DNA of 64,000 nt from Octopus vulgaris (lineage: Eukaryota): positions 94,736,001 through 94,800,000 of the forward strand of contig OX597819.1 of NCBI GenBank assembly GCA_951406725.2, in the 5' to 3' direction. The position numbers were made by a program, and so were the translations under genes. This document shows positions 11,672-24,400 of the stretch, in pieces (within the stretch, counting starts at the first letter, position 1; each line of letters begins with the position of its first letter). The notes under the pieces are model-generated. The model searched no databases and was not told the origin of the DNA. It was given only the letters and a program-made list of their open reading frames with translations.

Positions 11672-11716
<45 letters not shown>

Positions 11717-12013
11717 CAGAGCAGTGCTTCTATATATATATATGTGTGTGTGTAACAACAACAATAGATTTACTGATCCTTTTCAAGTGGTGATTTGATT
11801 TATTTTGCAGATCGACAGACATTTGTTTTTAGACGTGTCTGTCGCTAGTCGAGCAGACCAATAACCATCCCGTTTTTTTTTTCAGGTTTTCTGTAAAATA
11901 GCCTGTAGTTTCTTTTAGATGGAATTTTTATAACGAGATTTATGTATCGAGGGGGAACGTAGCTGCTGTTTCTAGCATGTTGGACGAGTACACACACACA
12001 CACACACACACAT

Positions 12014-12063
<50 letters not shown>

Positions 12064-12355
12064 CGTACTTATCCAGTAATAAATTAATGTATGCAAGAAC
12101 GAAGCTTATTATCATAATATATTGGCGAAGTTTCGCCAAATTGGCGAAGTTTCTCCAAATTGGCGAAGACCGAAACTATGCCAATATATTAATATTTGTT
12201 TCATATCAAAGGACTGCAGGTACTACTTAAGAAGAATGGTGCCGGTGCGTGCACTCGCGCTAGTTACTCGTGACTAGTCGATCCTACAACGACTACCTAG
12301 CAAAGTAAATAAAACACAAAATAAATATTTTTTTTACACAAAGTAAATACTTTTT

Positions 12356-12450
12356 GGATCTTTTCCTTTTGAACGGCAAACAATTTCTAGTTATCTAAAC
12401 ACTTTAAAACTTCGTATACTGGTAGAATGTGTCAAAATAAAACAATAATA
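12356..12450 (+). mobile_element. GGATC-family left TIR fragment
   Basis: GGATCTTTTCC...AAACTTCGTATACTGGTAGAATGTGTCAAA, the reverse complement of the right ends at 8953, 10021 and 31867. Confidence 0.7.
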
Positions 12451-12473
12451 CTTTCTGTAAGATGTTTACAAAC

Positions 12474-12674
12474 CTTTTCACTGGCATTTGCAGCAACCTC
12501 AGCGTATCCTTTTAGGACATGTTTCATTTGTTCGATGGCATTGTCGCGCGAAACCAAACCCATGGAAGACCTCCTTGGTATTGTCGGCTCAAAAACGGCG
12601 GCCGTAAAAGTTTTCTCCGCAGACAGCAACATGGGTAGTTGCAAGAAAAATATAATAGTATACACGAAATTCAT
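12474..12674 (-). CDS. First coding exon of a vanin/pantetheinase-biotinidase (nitrilase superfamily) gene
   Basis: MNFVYTIIFFLQLPMLLSAEKTFTAAVFEP...VSRDNAIEQMKHVLKGYAEVAANASEK: a signal peptide plus the FTAAVxE and VSRxxA motifs of VNN1. A phase-0 GT donor follows 67 codons, where vertebrate VNN1 exon 1 ends. Downstream exons were not found in the window. Confidence 0.75.
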
Positions 12675-13012
12675 TTTAGGAATTTGTTTGTTGTGGATCT
12701 TGCAATCTCTCAAGTCCTTTCAGTGAAAGCCCAACTTCCCTCATAGTAATTAATAGCTTGTTTAACAATATTGGTTCAAAATCTGGCTGTCTGCCTTGAA
12801 GCAGACCTTTCCGTTGCCACTGCCTGATATTTATGATTGATCTTTCTAAATATTTTATTTCTCAACTTACTCAAGATCTTCTGTTGTTTATAAATGGGAG
12901 AGAGATAGATAAAGATAGAGAGTAAGAGAAAGCGAGGGAGAGTCCGAGAGAAAAGAAAAGTAAGAGAGTGGGAAAGTGAGAGAGAAAGGAGAGAGAAACA
13001 AAGACGGAGAAT

Positions 13013-13320
13013 CATCATCATCATCATCATTTAACGTCCGTTTTCCGTGCTAGCACGGGTTGGACAGTGTGACCGGGGTCTGGGAAGCCAGGAGGCTGCA
13101 CCAGGCTCCAGTCTGATCTGGCAGTGTTTCTACAGGTGGATGACCTTCCTAACGCCAACCACTCTGTGAGTGTAGTGGGTGCTTTTTTCGTGCCGCCGGC
13201 ACAGGTGCCAGGGGGCTCGCAGCGGCAACGATCGGTTGGTGCTTTTTACGTGCCACCGGCACAGAAGCAATTCAAGGCGGCGCTGCAATCGGCCACGTTC
13301 GGATGGTGCTTTTTACGTGC
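13013..13320 (-). mobile_element. SINE family C copy
   Basis: (CAT)n tail then the reverse complement of the family C body, with three GGTGCTTTTT..GTG units. Confidence 0.8.
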
Positions 13321-13324
13321 TGAA

Positions 13325-13800
13325 AGGAAGCAACAGAAAGTAACAACCACACTCTTACCCGCGCGTAGAGCGGGTCACCTTCAGCTAGTCTTCTTCTATA
13401 TATAAAACTGAAATGCGTTTTTACCGCTTGGTTCGCTTTCAATGCCACTACGTCCCGTCCGATTCGCTCCAAAATTTACAGGGACATGTAGAATGAGGTG
13501 ACGATGCCCGTGGGCTACCTTAGAAATCCCTAGCTTAAAAGGTGTGGTTGCTAGGGGCCATCTTCCTCACTCACGTTATTTCCTCCTTTCACCCTCTCAC
13601 TCCCCTTCATTTGACAATTCCACTCCCGTTATTTAATGTAAAGTCTTCCTCAAATCACTCTCTCGCTATTTCCTCTCTTCTAAGAACATTTTCACTCACT
13701 CTATCTCTTAGCTTCCCATACATTTTACTCATGTATCTGTCTGCGTTCATAGACAGAAACAAATATTCCATCGCCATCGCATTCTATTGTCTACCTGTCA
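13325..13800 (+). mobile_element. Non-autonomous Helitron pieces: a 3' end joined to a 5' end
   Basis: Hairpin ACCCGC-GCGTAGA-GCGGGT, then CTAG (13385-13388), immediately followed by TC...TATATATAAAA. The right boundary is approximate. Confidence 0.55.
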
Positions 13801-14443
13801 ACACACACACATATATATAATATAATATTTTTATTTTTTTACTGTTTCATTTGCCTATTAGTGGTTTTATCTCTAATTTAATTTCTACAGCGTGCACACA
13901 CACACACCTATATGTGGCCCCAGTAGACGGGCTCGGCTCGGCAGAAAAATTATAATTACACAGAGAACTATAGCTTGAAGGTAGTATATAAAAAAAGAAC
14001 CCTCCCTCAGTTGTTGCCAGTATCACCTACTCCGCATTGCAACAAGATGTGTCTTCGTCAAAGCAATTGCTCGCCCAAAGCAAATTAGATAAAATTTGAG
14101 ATACGTGGAACGTCAAAGCTGCTAACAAAATCAGGACAGTCAAAATTTTCGCTAAGGGCTGTTTAACCCTAACGAGGTGGCGTGGTGAACGCTGAAGAAA
14201 GAAAGCTTTGTTAAGAGACAGACGGGAATGCATTAACGAAAAGAAAAAGAATTACATTTAGAAATAGATCTATAATTATTGAGGACAGAATTTCTGTTAG
14301 AAATAGAGAACTATAAATATTGAATTATGCATAAAGCGCTGACTTACATTCGGGGCTTCCAATTTCTCTGTAAAATATAAGATTGTCGCAAAATCATCGC
14401 ACATGTCACCATCGATTACAAATGCCGGTGGAAGATAAACGTT

Positions 14444-15147
14444 CCAATGTGGATTACCTCGAGACCAGTATAGAAGATTCTGTCTGTTGACCTCACCATT
14501 TACATAAAACGTAGCTTTGTCACTGAACAACACAAAGTTTTTCGTAAAATTGATATTTTCATCCAATTTATCTGAAAACCATTCGCACGTCTACATTCGT
14601 CTATCAGGATCGTCTTCATTTAAGTGATGCAATATCTGTAGGTTGTATCGATGAAACTTTTCCTCAACCAGCATTTTGTGGATGGTTGGTTTTGGAACAC
14701 CTAACACCGTAGATGTCCGACGAAGTGATTTTTTGGGGCTAGCTAGCAGAAACTTTAGCCTCGACAGCCTCTTTAGTTTCATCTGAAGTCTTTGGTCGCC
14801 CGGAACGGGGTTTATCCGAAACACTGCCTGTTTCTTTAAATTTCTTGATCAATTTCCTGACGGCAGTAAAATAAATTGGTTGCCTACAAGGGGGTGGAAG
14901 ATTAAATTCTTCCGCAATTTTGCGATAAGACCATCCCTCTCGTCCACTTAATAATACTAACTCGATTCTTTCTTTAGACAGAGCCATCATTCGATCATCT
15001 GTAGAAAAAATAACAAATAAATTTAGAAAAGTAAAGTATTTTTTTCATTTAATTTAAACAAAAGTAAAAAAGGAAAATTATTATTTCTTATATTTATTTG
15101 TTTATGTTATGATTTTATTCCATAAACCCAGACTTCGTGGACACCCT
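14444..15147 (-). mobile_element. Truncated Tc1/mariner transposon (DD41D/rosa-Visitor-like), frameshifted
   Basis: MALSKERIELV...KFKETGSVSDKPRSGRPKT, ASPKKSLRR, FSDKATFYVNGEVNRQNLLYWSRGNPH. TIR-like AGGGTGTCCACGAAG at 15133-15147. Confidence 0.75.
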
Positions 15148-16248
15148 AAAATTGCTTTGATTAAAACCCTTTCAACATGGAAGTATCCAAGGAGCATTTA
15201 AGGCACATATAATTCTTTATGAGTACAATAAAGGTAACCCTGCTGCCGAAGTGACTCGAAACATACACTCAGTTTATGGCAAAGTGCTCGAACGAAAGAA
15301 CTTGCAGGAGATCGTCTGCAAAATTGAAGATGAATATCGAACAGGATGTCCAGTTGAGTTTGACAAGCTCCTTGAGGCATTACTTGAAGAAAATCCGTCA
15401 TTATCAGTTGAAGAATTGGCAATAAAGCTTACTTCAAACCATACAACAGTTCATCGTCATCTTCAACAACGTGAAAAGATTCCTAAACTTGGAAAATAGG
15501 TGCCTTATGTATTGTCCGAAAGCAACCGCAAATCCCGAGTTGGCATCTGCTCTTCTCTCCATTCTCACAAACTCATTTCACCCTTTTTCGATAGACTTGT
15601 GATGAAAATGGATTTTCCATCGAAATGTTAGACGTCGTAAACAGTGGCTTGGTAAAAGGGAAAATTCTCAACCACAACCGAGAAGGGAACTTCATGGGAA
15701 AAAGGTTCTACTCTCTATCTGGTGCGATTGCAAAGGCGTAATTCACTTTATATTGTTACCACCTAATGCAACAATCAATGCTCAAGTCTACTGTCAGCAA
15801 TTAGAGCGTTTGAACCAAGCTTTGAAGGAAAAAAGAGCCGCTTTAGTGAGTCGAAAACGAGTGATGTTTCATCAGGACAATGCGCAACCCCACACTGCAA
15901 ATATCACATCACAGAAGATCGAAGGGGTCGGTTTGGAAAAAAATTCTTCATCCAACTTATTCTCCCGACCTTACTCCTTCAGGATACCATTTGTTTCATA
16001 GTTTACAGAATTAGTAGGGGGATACAATTTTCGCAAGCCAGTGGGAGGTCGAACCTGACATTTCAGAGTTCTTCGCTTTGAAACCAAAAGAGTTTTACGT
16101 TTATGGGATTAAAAAGCTTGTAAATAGATGGAGGTAAGTCATAGATAATTAGGGAAAGTACATTGATGATTAACTTTCAATTAAATATAACATTTGATCA
16201 CTTGTATTCTTTATCCAAAATTCAGACAGAACTTATGGGATGACCTGA
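15148..16248 (+). mobile_element. Degenerate mariner (DD34D) transposon
   Basis: MEVSKEHLRHIILYEYNKG, TINAQVYCQQL and FHQDNAQPH, with many stops and frameshifts. 3' TIR AGAACTTATGGGATGACCTGA. Confidence 0.85.
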
Positions 16249-16647
16249 GATATATACATTGGCGAAAATATATTTAAGACAGACGATAAAAGTTCTATTT
16301 CTTACAAAATATTTTGTTACTAACACCGTACAAATTATTTTTATCTTTTACACCTTATGCAAAATTTATTTCGCTTTCGAATGATGCAGACAATAACCAT
16401 TTTTATACAACTTGAAGAATTCTAATGCTAAATATAATTTTAATGAAGATAACCTGCAGTATATAGTACAACATTTTTGTCTCCGTATATGAGCTAAGTA
16501 TTAATAAAATGTGGTATACGATAAAAATTTCGGATATTTGTCTTAAAACATTCAGACAAGAAAATTCAGATGTAGCACATGAGGTATTATTCCATACGAA
16601 TATCCACATATTTATATTAAGAATTTCATGATAAAAATATAGAAATA

Positions 16648-17214
16648 TTGGGTTGTCCGGAAAGTTCTTGCCGATTTATAGTAGCTTATCTTTCGACTTA
16701 TTTTAGAACATGTTCGAGTCCATAAAATAGGATTTGACTACACCTCCATTTGGAGCACAGTTTAATCTATCTTTTCGTGTAAGAAGGTTTATGTTCCAAT
16801 AACCTGTGTTAATTCTGTAACCCTTTAAAATAAAAGATGAGAAAAATTCATTATCGGCATTTGATGCTTTGGGAACCAGACAAAAATTGCTGCAGCTTGG
16901 CTGGGGTGACTTACCCCACCCTCCATATTCACCAGATATTACTCCTTCGGATTTCCACTTATTCAGGTCTCTGCAGAATAGTCTTAATGGTGCAAATTTC
17001 AATTCCTTAGATGACGTAAAAAGATACCTTGATGAATTATTTGCCTTGAAACCACCCCAATTCTGGGAAGAGGGTATTTTTAAGGTAAAGGTAAGATGGA
17101 GACGTATTGTGCAACGAAATGGTTCAGATTTGGTTCATTAAAAATGTAATGGCAAGTATTTAGTGACCATGTACTTTCCTTTAAAAATCGGAACGAACTT
17201 TCCGGACAACCCAA
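16648..17214 (+). mobile_element. Internally deleted mariner with both TIRs and TA TSD
   Basis: TA|TTGGGTTGTCCGGAAAGTTC...GAACTTTCCGGACAACCCAA|TA, encoding LPHPPYSPDITPSDFHLFRSLQN. Confidence 0.9.
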
Positions 17215-17661
17215 TATAAACATAATGAAATACGAATATAAACATGAAAAATAAAAACGTAAATTGAAAGAGGCGATTAAAATTTTTTCCTAACTTGCAG
17301 CCGTTTGTTGTACGAAGTATTCGAAATTTAGTCCTCCTTCCTCAGGGTTCCTTTCTCGAGGTAAAATCCAACAGAAAGCAGTAAGGCACTACATGATAAT
17401 ATTTCTTTATTACCCACAAGGGGCTAACGAAGAGGGGGACAACACATCATGATTTGGGGTCATGAGACACGGATGAAATTTACATATAAATGATCTTTAA
17501 AAATATTACATGAAATCGAAGACAAAATCGAGGAAATTCGAATGATACATAATTTTTTACAGCACAACATAAAAACGACACATGAAGTGGGAACACCAGG
17601 ATTGCCGACCCCACGAGCCCTGTTTTTCCCACCGAAACTCAGCAGCCAACTTACAGCGTGT

Positions 17662-20600
17662 TCATGTGGCCCCTTTCACTCGCAGCAATCGTGCCACATG
17701 TTTCCATCTTTTGTCAAACTCACACGCAGACAGACACCTTTTCTCTATCTCCACCTTTCTTTTTAGGTGGAACCTGAAAAAGGTCACCAAGGCGGAGCCA
17801 GAGATCATGGTGCCTGTCTTTACAACTTTCATTCTAGTCTTCTGTACTGAGAAAGCAATGCTTATCTTCACTTGTCAAAAAGCTAGGCGAGTCAATTTTT
17901 ATAATTGTCTCAGCCGATAGCTGTACTCTTCTTCCGTCTGACAACAGGTGTTCCGCATATACCCACACGTCCGAAACTTCTGGACACTGAACAATAGCGT
18001 GCGAGACTGTTTCCAGATCCCGCTCGCATCTTGGACAGTTCGATGGTCCACTCCAACCATGCCTTGTGAGTTTATCCCGAACGGGTAAAGCTCCTCTGAA
18101 ACATTGCCAGGTCAAAGACTTCTGGAAGTTATCCAATGTCTTCGGCCCGAACGTCCTTCGGAACAGGCTGTCTAACTGATTTCGATCGAGGCCCAAGGTC
18201 CTTCCTAAGGCATCGTCATTTCCGGCCTCTACCAACCTGCTATAGAAAGCTGCGGTGGTACCAAAGCCGCCGGCATTGCCCGACTTGCGGAAGTGGCAGA
18301 GTGCCTTATGGCACTCCGAATACCACATGCTCGATCTAAGTCTACGACGATACCGGGTTTCTCTGCCACCGAAACTGGCAAAGCTGGGGAACATCTGCCT
18401 CGCAAGCGGGGACCACACCCGTTCACCATCCAGGTAGAGCCAAAGATGCCTTAACCTCAACGCATATCTGCGCATCAACAGCCAAGGCATCCCTAAGCTA
18501 CCCTTTAACGGTTTCTGACAGCAAATAGAACGTCTTACAAGAGGAGTGGTTCCCTTCCACAAAAAGTGGAAGATCTGCCTCTCCAACTTGCTTAACCACG
18601 AATCCGGACAAGGGACGACGGTCAGGCGGTAGGTGATGACCGATGCTAAAAACACATTGGCCACCTCCGCCCTCCCTTTCAAGGATAGTCACCGTCCGGA
18701 CCAAGTCCCGACCGCGTGAGCCACCCTGCTCGTCACCTCAGATCAGTTCTTTTCTATCTGGAGATCTGGACCAAACCAGATCCCTAGCAGCTTAACCGGG
18801 CCCTCCGTCCAGCATCCCACGATGCTATTCGAAGGCATCGACTTGCCCCTCCAGGTGCCGAGTTGCAAGCCGACCGATTTTTCCCGGTTAATCTTTGCTC
18901 CTGTCGCCGTCTCGTAAGCCTTGATGGCATCTCCCACATTACGTAGGAGTTCCACCTCTGTCACGATGATCGTGATGTCGTCCGCATACGATGCCACAGA
19001 TCCTCCACCTCCTGGATTCATCGGGATGGCGCTCAGCTTTCGCAGTAATGGCTCGAGAGCCATCACATACAAAATCGGGGAGAGCGGACACCCTTGACGA
19101 ACAGACCGTCTGATGCGGAACGGCTTCGAAAAGAAGCCATTCACCCGAACGATCGAGTCGATGTTATTGTACAATTGTATGATCCACATGAGGAAGCCAA
19201 CACCCAGACCGAACTGCGCCAGCACGGACACCACGTACCGATGGTTCACCCTATCAAACGCTTTACTCTGGTCTAAATGGACCAGTGCCCCACCTTTGCC
19301 AGAGTCATTCCCAAACCTCTCTATGGTGTAGCGTACTAGGTGAAGATTGTCCTGGATGGTTCTTCCGGGAACCGCACAGGTTTGTGCGTCCCCGATCAGA
19401 CCACCCGCGACACGCGTCAACCTTTTCGCTAGCACCTTGGCCAAAATTTTCACGTCTGTATTTAGCAGAGTGATGGGCCGAAAGTTGTCTATGCTGTCCC
19501 CCTTGCTCGGGTCCTTTCTGATCAGCGTCACCACTCCCCGACGTACAGATCTGGGAATGAACCCATTCTGCCGCCTGTTCGCGAAAACGCCGGCCTGCAC
19601 GTTCCCGAACAAGTCTGGCATTCTTTTATATAGCTCGTAAGGTAAACCATCAATTCCCGGCGCCTTACCTTCACCGCAGTCGACCAAGGCCTCAGCTATC
19701 TCCTCAGGCGAGATCGACGCTTCACAGCTCTCCGCGTCCTGCCCCGAGAGGCGCGGCAACCCGGCGAGGATGTCCGTAAGGTCCACCCTCTCCTCCGGCC
19801 CGCCATCGCCCCCGAAAAGCCGAGCGAAGTGCTCCTGAAACGTCCGACACATCTCCTCTGGTTCGGTAATCACATCGCCTTGCCCGTTCGTCACAGACTT
19901 AATTGTGGAATCGTTTCCACGTCGAGCCTCCACAACTCGTGCCCATCCGGCAGCCTTAATACCCTCTCACCCCATTGCGCGGATTCTAGCTCTGACGATA
20001 CAACCCATATGTTTGGCTTCGAGGTGCTGGTTTAACTCCAGTCTCTTCAGCCTAACTTGGGCTCCATCGCCAGATCTCATGGCTTCCTCTAAGGCTTTAA
20101 CTAGCCCCATCTCTTTCCTACGCCCACTAGTTACTAGACCTATGCTGTATCTAACGGACTCGTACTTGATGGCTCTTTTGAGGGCGTACCAACATTTGTT
20201 ATTAATAATGGAACCGGTTAACGCCCTCTGCACTAATAACTCAATCCGGTTTCTGTACTCCTCAATAGCCAGAAGGGACTTATTGAGTTTCCAATAACCG
20301 AATCCCTTACTACATAACTTATCTAGGTTCAGTTCGCCAGTGACCATCTTGTGGTCGCTGTAACTGACCAGGTGAAACTGTGGACACTGAACTAATCCTT
20401 TATCTATTTTTCTAATAAAAATTCTGTCTATGTAGGACCTGACAGACTCGTCGCTATTTAACCACGTCAACTGTGGAGCGTTCGGGAATTCAAGTCTGTA
20501 GGGATCTACCAGCTGAAAGCGACTCAGTAGATCCCGGTAGCCAGGGTTTGGTTTTCTATCTTTTGAGCCAACGCCATCGACGCGCGCATCGACTATGACG

Positions 20601-21023
20601 TTAAAGTCCCCTAGCATGACTATGGATTTTGACGTGCCAAGAAACTTCTCCAGGTCTCGATAAAAATCAGTCTGACTCGAATTAGGTGCATATACTGCTA
20701 CCAGCCTGATTTCTTTACCACAACTGAACGTCAGATCTAAGACGACTAGCCTACCTTCTGAATCAGAAAAAAATCAACTTTTTCTCTGAGACTATCTTTC
20801 TTAAGCAGGGCCAACACCCCACTCTCACCCACCCCCGCCGGCCAGGAGAAATAAATTTCTCGTAGCCATCCAGGAGCGGGAGTAGATCTCTTGGCCCTTC
20901 GATTCGTGTCTCAGTAGCTACAATTACATCTAAATTCTGCGACCTGACATCATTTAGTAAACGGCCTTGTTTCCAGTTCGATGTCAGGCCGCGCACATTT
21001 ATACAGCCAACGTGAACAGCCAT
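17662..21023 (-). pseudogene. Tx1 ORF2 (APE endonuclease, reverse transcriptase, zf-RVT), disrupted
   Basis: MAVHVGCINVRGL, LGDFN, YIDRIF, SDH, KAPGIDGLP, LDQSKAFDRVNH, VRQGCPLSP, YADD and CPRC...ETVSHAIVQC, spread across several frameshifted or stopped ORFs. Confidence 0.93.
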
Positions 21024-21030
21024 AGTTCGC

Positions 21031-22437
21031 TTACCTTGTTTCGTCTGGGTCCGGCAGACGGGGGGAACCCGTCTCTTCTGCCTCCTGGGTCCGTGGAATC
21101 GGCGTGCTGATGCTCCTCCTTTCCACATCTTTCTGGGCATCTTCTTTGCTCATTCTGGATGGGCACACATCTTTTCGGAAGTCGTTCGCCAGCGTGTTGA
21201 ACACTCTCTGTCCCATCATGTAGCACTTCCATTCTCCTTGTTTTTCTTCAGTTTCTATCTCTTCAATGTGTTACGTCTCTACTCTGCGCATCACTTCTCT
21301 GTTTGAAGTGTTCATCGCCGCGTAGATTTTGTTCTCTTTATCGGGTTTCTTGGCTTTTTTCACCTCCCTTTTCTCTCTACTTTTGGTTTTCTCCGGGGAG
21401 GGGTTGTTATGTTTACGTTTTGTAGCTGCAACTTGTGACCAGCCCTCCCCTTCTTCTGGTGCAGGTGCTGTCGCCGTTACCGCTACTTGAGAGCTTGATT
21501 TTATGGGCTCATCTTTTTTCTCCTTCTCTGCCGGCTTACAGTCTTTTTTGATGTGTCCTTTTTTGCCACAGGTGAAACACCTGGGCTTCCGGCCCTCCAC
21601 CATTACGGCCATCCGGCTGTCTCCAATTTCAATTACTTCACCTATATCTTCTAAGACGTCCGGCTCGGCTTGTATTGTTATCCTCACCTTCTGCCCCTGC
21701 CACTTTTTGGCATCTTCGACAGTGGCGTCTCGTATTTCCAATTTCTCCTCTAGTCCTGCGGTGACTCCTGCCACTATTTGCTCGGGTTCGACTTCTGGCG
21801 GAATGTTTGTTACCGTTATTCAGGAGACGCGTCTCCCTCTATAGATAGGGAGAAGGGTTATCGCCTATGTTCTTAGGGGAATCATAGACTGCTCCCTTGC
21901 CTCCTCCTCTGTTCCAAATCTGGTTTCTACAGTTCCGTATCGTTTTCCCCTGGTTATGAATTTAATCTTTTCCCAGATGGGTTTCATACACAGCTCTACT
22001 TCCTTTTCCGAAGAAAAGTCTATCTTTCTCTCTTTGTTTCGGTACGTTTTATAAACGATTGTCCTTCTTTCTATCTCTTCACGAGATTCTTGGGTCTGGT
22101 GTATTTTTATTTCGTACCCGCTTCTTGATACGGTTTTCTTAACCTCTTCCAATTTGGACAAATCAATCTTCCTTTCTTTGGGACTTGCCGCTTCGGCGAA
22201 GTTCAACATCTTCTTTGCCAAGCTTGGCACGTCTATATTCCTGCGTACTTTTAATGCTTTTTTGGTTCCCCTACTTTCTTCTTCGTCGGTATCCGAGGAA
22301 AAAACGGGTATACCCACTTTTTCGGGGCTAGACATCCTGCTAACTGGTATTCCTTCTGGGCTGGACATCTCGTCAGCTGGACTCTTGTTCAGGACCTGGG
22401 TTCGGTCCTCAGTTCTGTCCGCCTTCGGGCTGGCCAT
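21031..22437 (-). pseudogene. Tx1 ORF1 (gag-like, zinc knuckle), disrupted
   Basis: Split over ORFs 21865-22467, 21271-21774 (CFTCGKKGHIKKDC) and 21031-21219. Confidence 0.85.
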
Positions 22438-22640
22438 TATTGGCCTACCCCTCCTTAGCGGCTTCAATAAATATCAGTCAAATATTATACTTCGACTAAC
22501 AATTCGAAAAAAAACTTACTTTTTCTTTTTTTTCCTTTTCAACAACCAACAGCTGGTAACAAAACACACCGACAAAAATATTTTCAATAAATAAGTAATC
22601 GGCACTACGTGGATTCAGTTGGTGAAAGTTCCGTTTTTCC

Positions 22641-24400
22641 TTTCTTTATTACCCACTAGGGGCGACATAGAGTATACATACAATGACGAATGATGAAATA
22701 ATTATGAACATTTGGGGTCAGTTAAAATCGAAAATGAATAATAAAAATCGAATGATTACACAAAGACAAAATAAACAAAAATACAAAATGCAGTGGGGCG
22801 GGTCCGCGACCCCATGCTCGCCGCCACGACACTTAGCCTTGTGGTTTCATTTTTTCCTCCTATCTCGCATTTGTGAGGGATCTTTTACTTGTCACATTTT
22901 TCCATCTTTCATAAAACACTTTCTTACTCAGGCTCCTTCTCTCCAGTTCTATATGTCTTTTCAGGTGGAATTTAAAATATTCCACCAGACCTGAACCAGA
23001 GATGAAGTCGCCTGTTATCATCCCTTTCATCCTTGTCTTCCATACTACCTGTTTCGCTGTTGAAACCACGGCAAGAAAACAAAACTTACCTTCTTTCGTT
23101 AAGAAATCAGGTGGGCTGATTTTTACAATATATTCGGCTGATAGCTGTACTCTTCGTTCACCTGACATCAGTTGTTCGGCACAAGCCCACATATCTGCCA
23201 CCCCCGGACACTGCACGATCGCGTGCGAGACGGTTTCCCGTTCTCGCCCACATCTCGTACAGGTCGGGCTGACTTGGCAACCGTGCCTTGCAAGCTTGTC
23301 CCGAACAGGTAAGGCTCCTCGGTAGCACTGCCAAGCCAAAGACTTCTGGAAATTATCCAGTGTCTTCGGCCCGAATGTACGTTGGAACAGACTGGCCAGC
23401 TGATTATCGTCGAAACCTAGGGCTTCCCCTAGCGTATCATCGTTACCGGCCTCTACAAACCCTCTATAAAACACAGCGGTAGAACCACTGCCGCAGGCAT
23501 TACCCGAGCGACGGAATAGACGGAGTGCCTTGCGACACTCCGTATACCACGTACCCAACTTCGATCTGCGATTATACCAGTCCTCTCGGCCACCGAAACT
23601 GGTGAACCTGGGGAACATCTGTTTCGCCAGCTGAGACCACACCCGTTCACTACCCAGATGGAGCCACAGGTGCCTTAGCCTCAGCGCATTTCTGCGCATC
23701 ATTAGCCACGGCATCCCTAGTCCACCCTGTAACGGTTTTTGACAACAGACAGAGCGTCTCACAAGCGGTTTCGAGCCCTTCCACAAGAAGCGAAAGAGCT
23801 GTCTCTCCAACATGCTCAACCACGAATCCGGGCAAGGCACGACGGCAAGGCGGTAGGTGATCACCGATGCGATAAACACATTGGCTACCTCCGCCCTACC
23901 TTTCAAGGATAACCACCGCCAAGACCAAATCTTGACTATTGCAGCCACCTTGCTCGATACCTCGCTCCAGTTCTTCTCTATTTGGAGGTCTGGACCGAAC
24001 CAAACCCCGAGCAACTTAATCGGGCCCTCCGTCCAACGTCCCACGACGCTGTCTGGAGGCATCGACTTGCCTCTCCAGGTGCCGAGTTGCAAGCCGACCG
24101 ACTTTTCACGATTAACTTTTGCTCCTGTCACCGTCTCGTAAACCTCTATGGCTTTGCCTACTTTACGTAGGTGGTCCACTTCAGTCACGATGATAGTGAT
24201 GTCATCCGCGTACGCCAAAACCGACATATCACGTCCTGGTTGCCTCGGGATGCCGCTCAGTTTTCGCAGCAGCGGCTCCAGAGCCACTACATACAAAAGC
24301 GGGGAGAGCGGACATCCCTGGCGGACCGAGCGTTTGACTTTGAACGACGTTGTCGTACATTTCTATGATCCACCTGAGGAAGCCAAGGCCCAGGCCGAAC
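22641..24400 (-). mobile_element. 5'-truncated Tx1-clade LINE (element 2, a different subfamily)
   Basis: ORF 22860-24296 (YADD...CTRC...ETVSHAIVQC) is clearly homologous to, but diverged from, element 1. The 3' end is ...GCCCCTAGTGGGTAATAAAGAAA; the truncated 5' end abuts a (GACA/GACG)n run at 24401-24471. Confidence 0.93.

Larger units (their letters stand above)
10641..11736. repeat. (TA)n microsatellite mosaic hosting Penelope-type fragments
   Basis: Long (TA)n runs at about 10641-10719, 11077-11159 and 11674-11713 separate unique blocks that carry inverted repeats and hammerhead motifs. A ~105-bp inverted repeat lies at 11283-11387 and 11577-11681. Confidence 0.8.
17396..22600 (-). mobile_element. 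Near full-length Tx1-clade LINE (element 1)
   Basis: 5'UTR, ORF1 with a CCHC knuckle, ORF2 with APE endonuclease, RT and zf-RVT, and a 3'UTR ending ...GGGTAATAAAGAAATA. GC-rich relative to its flanks. Confidence 0.95.

Noticed and set aside
12115-12190. 20-bp tandem palindromes (TTGGCGAAGTTTCGCCAA) with GAAAC
   Set aside because: No intact CUGANGA-type core; at most a decayed fold-back end.
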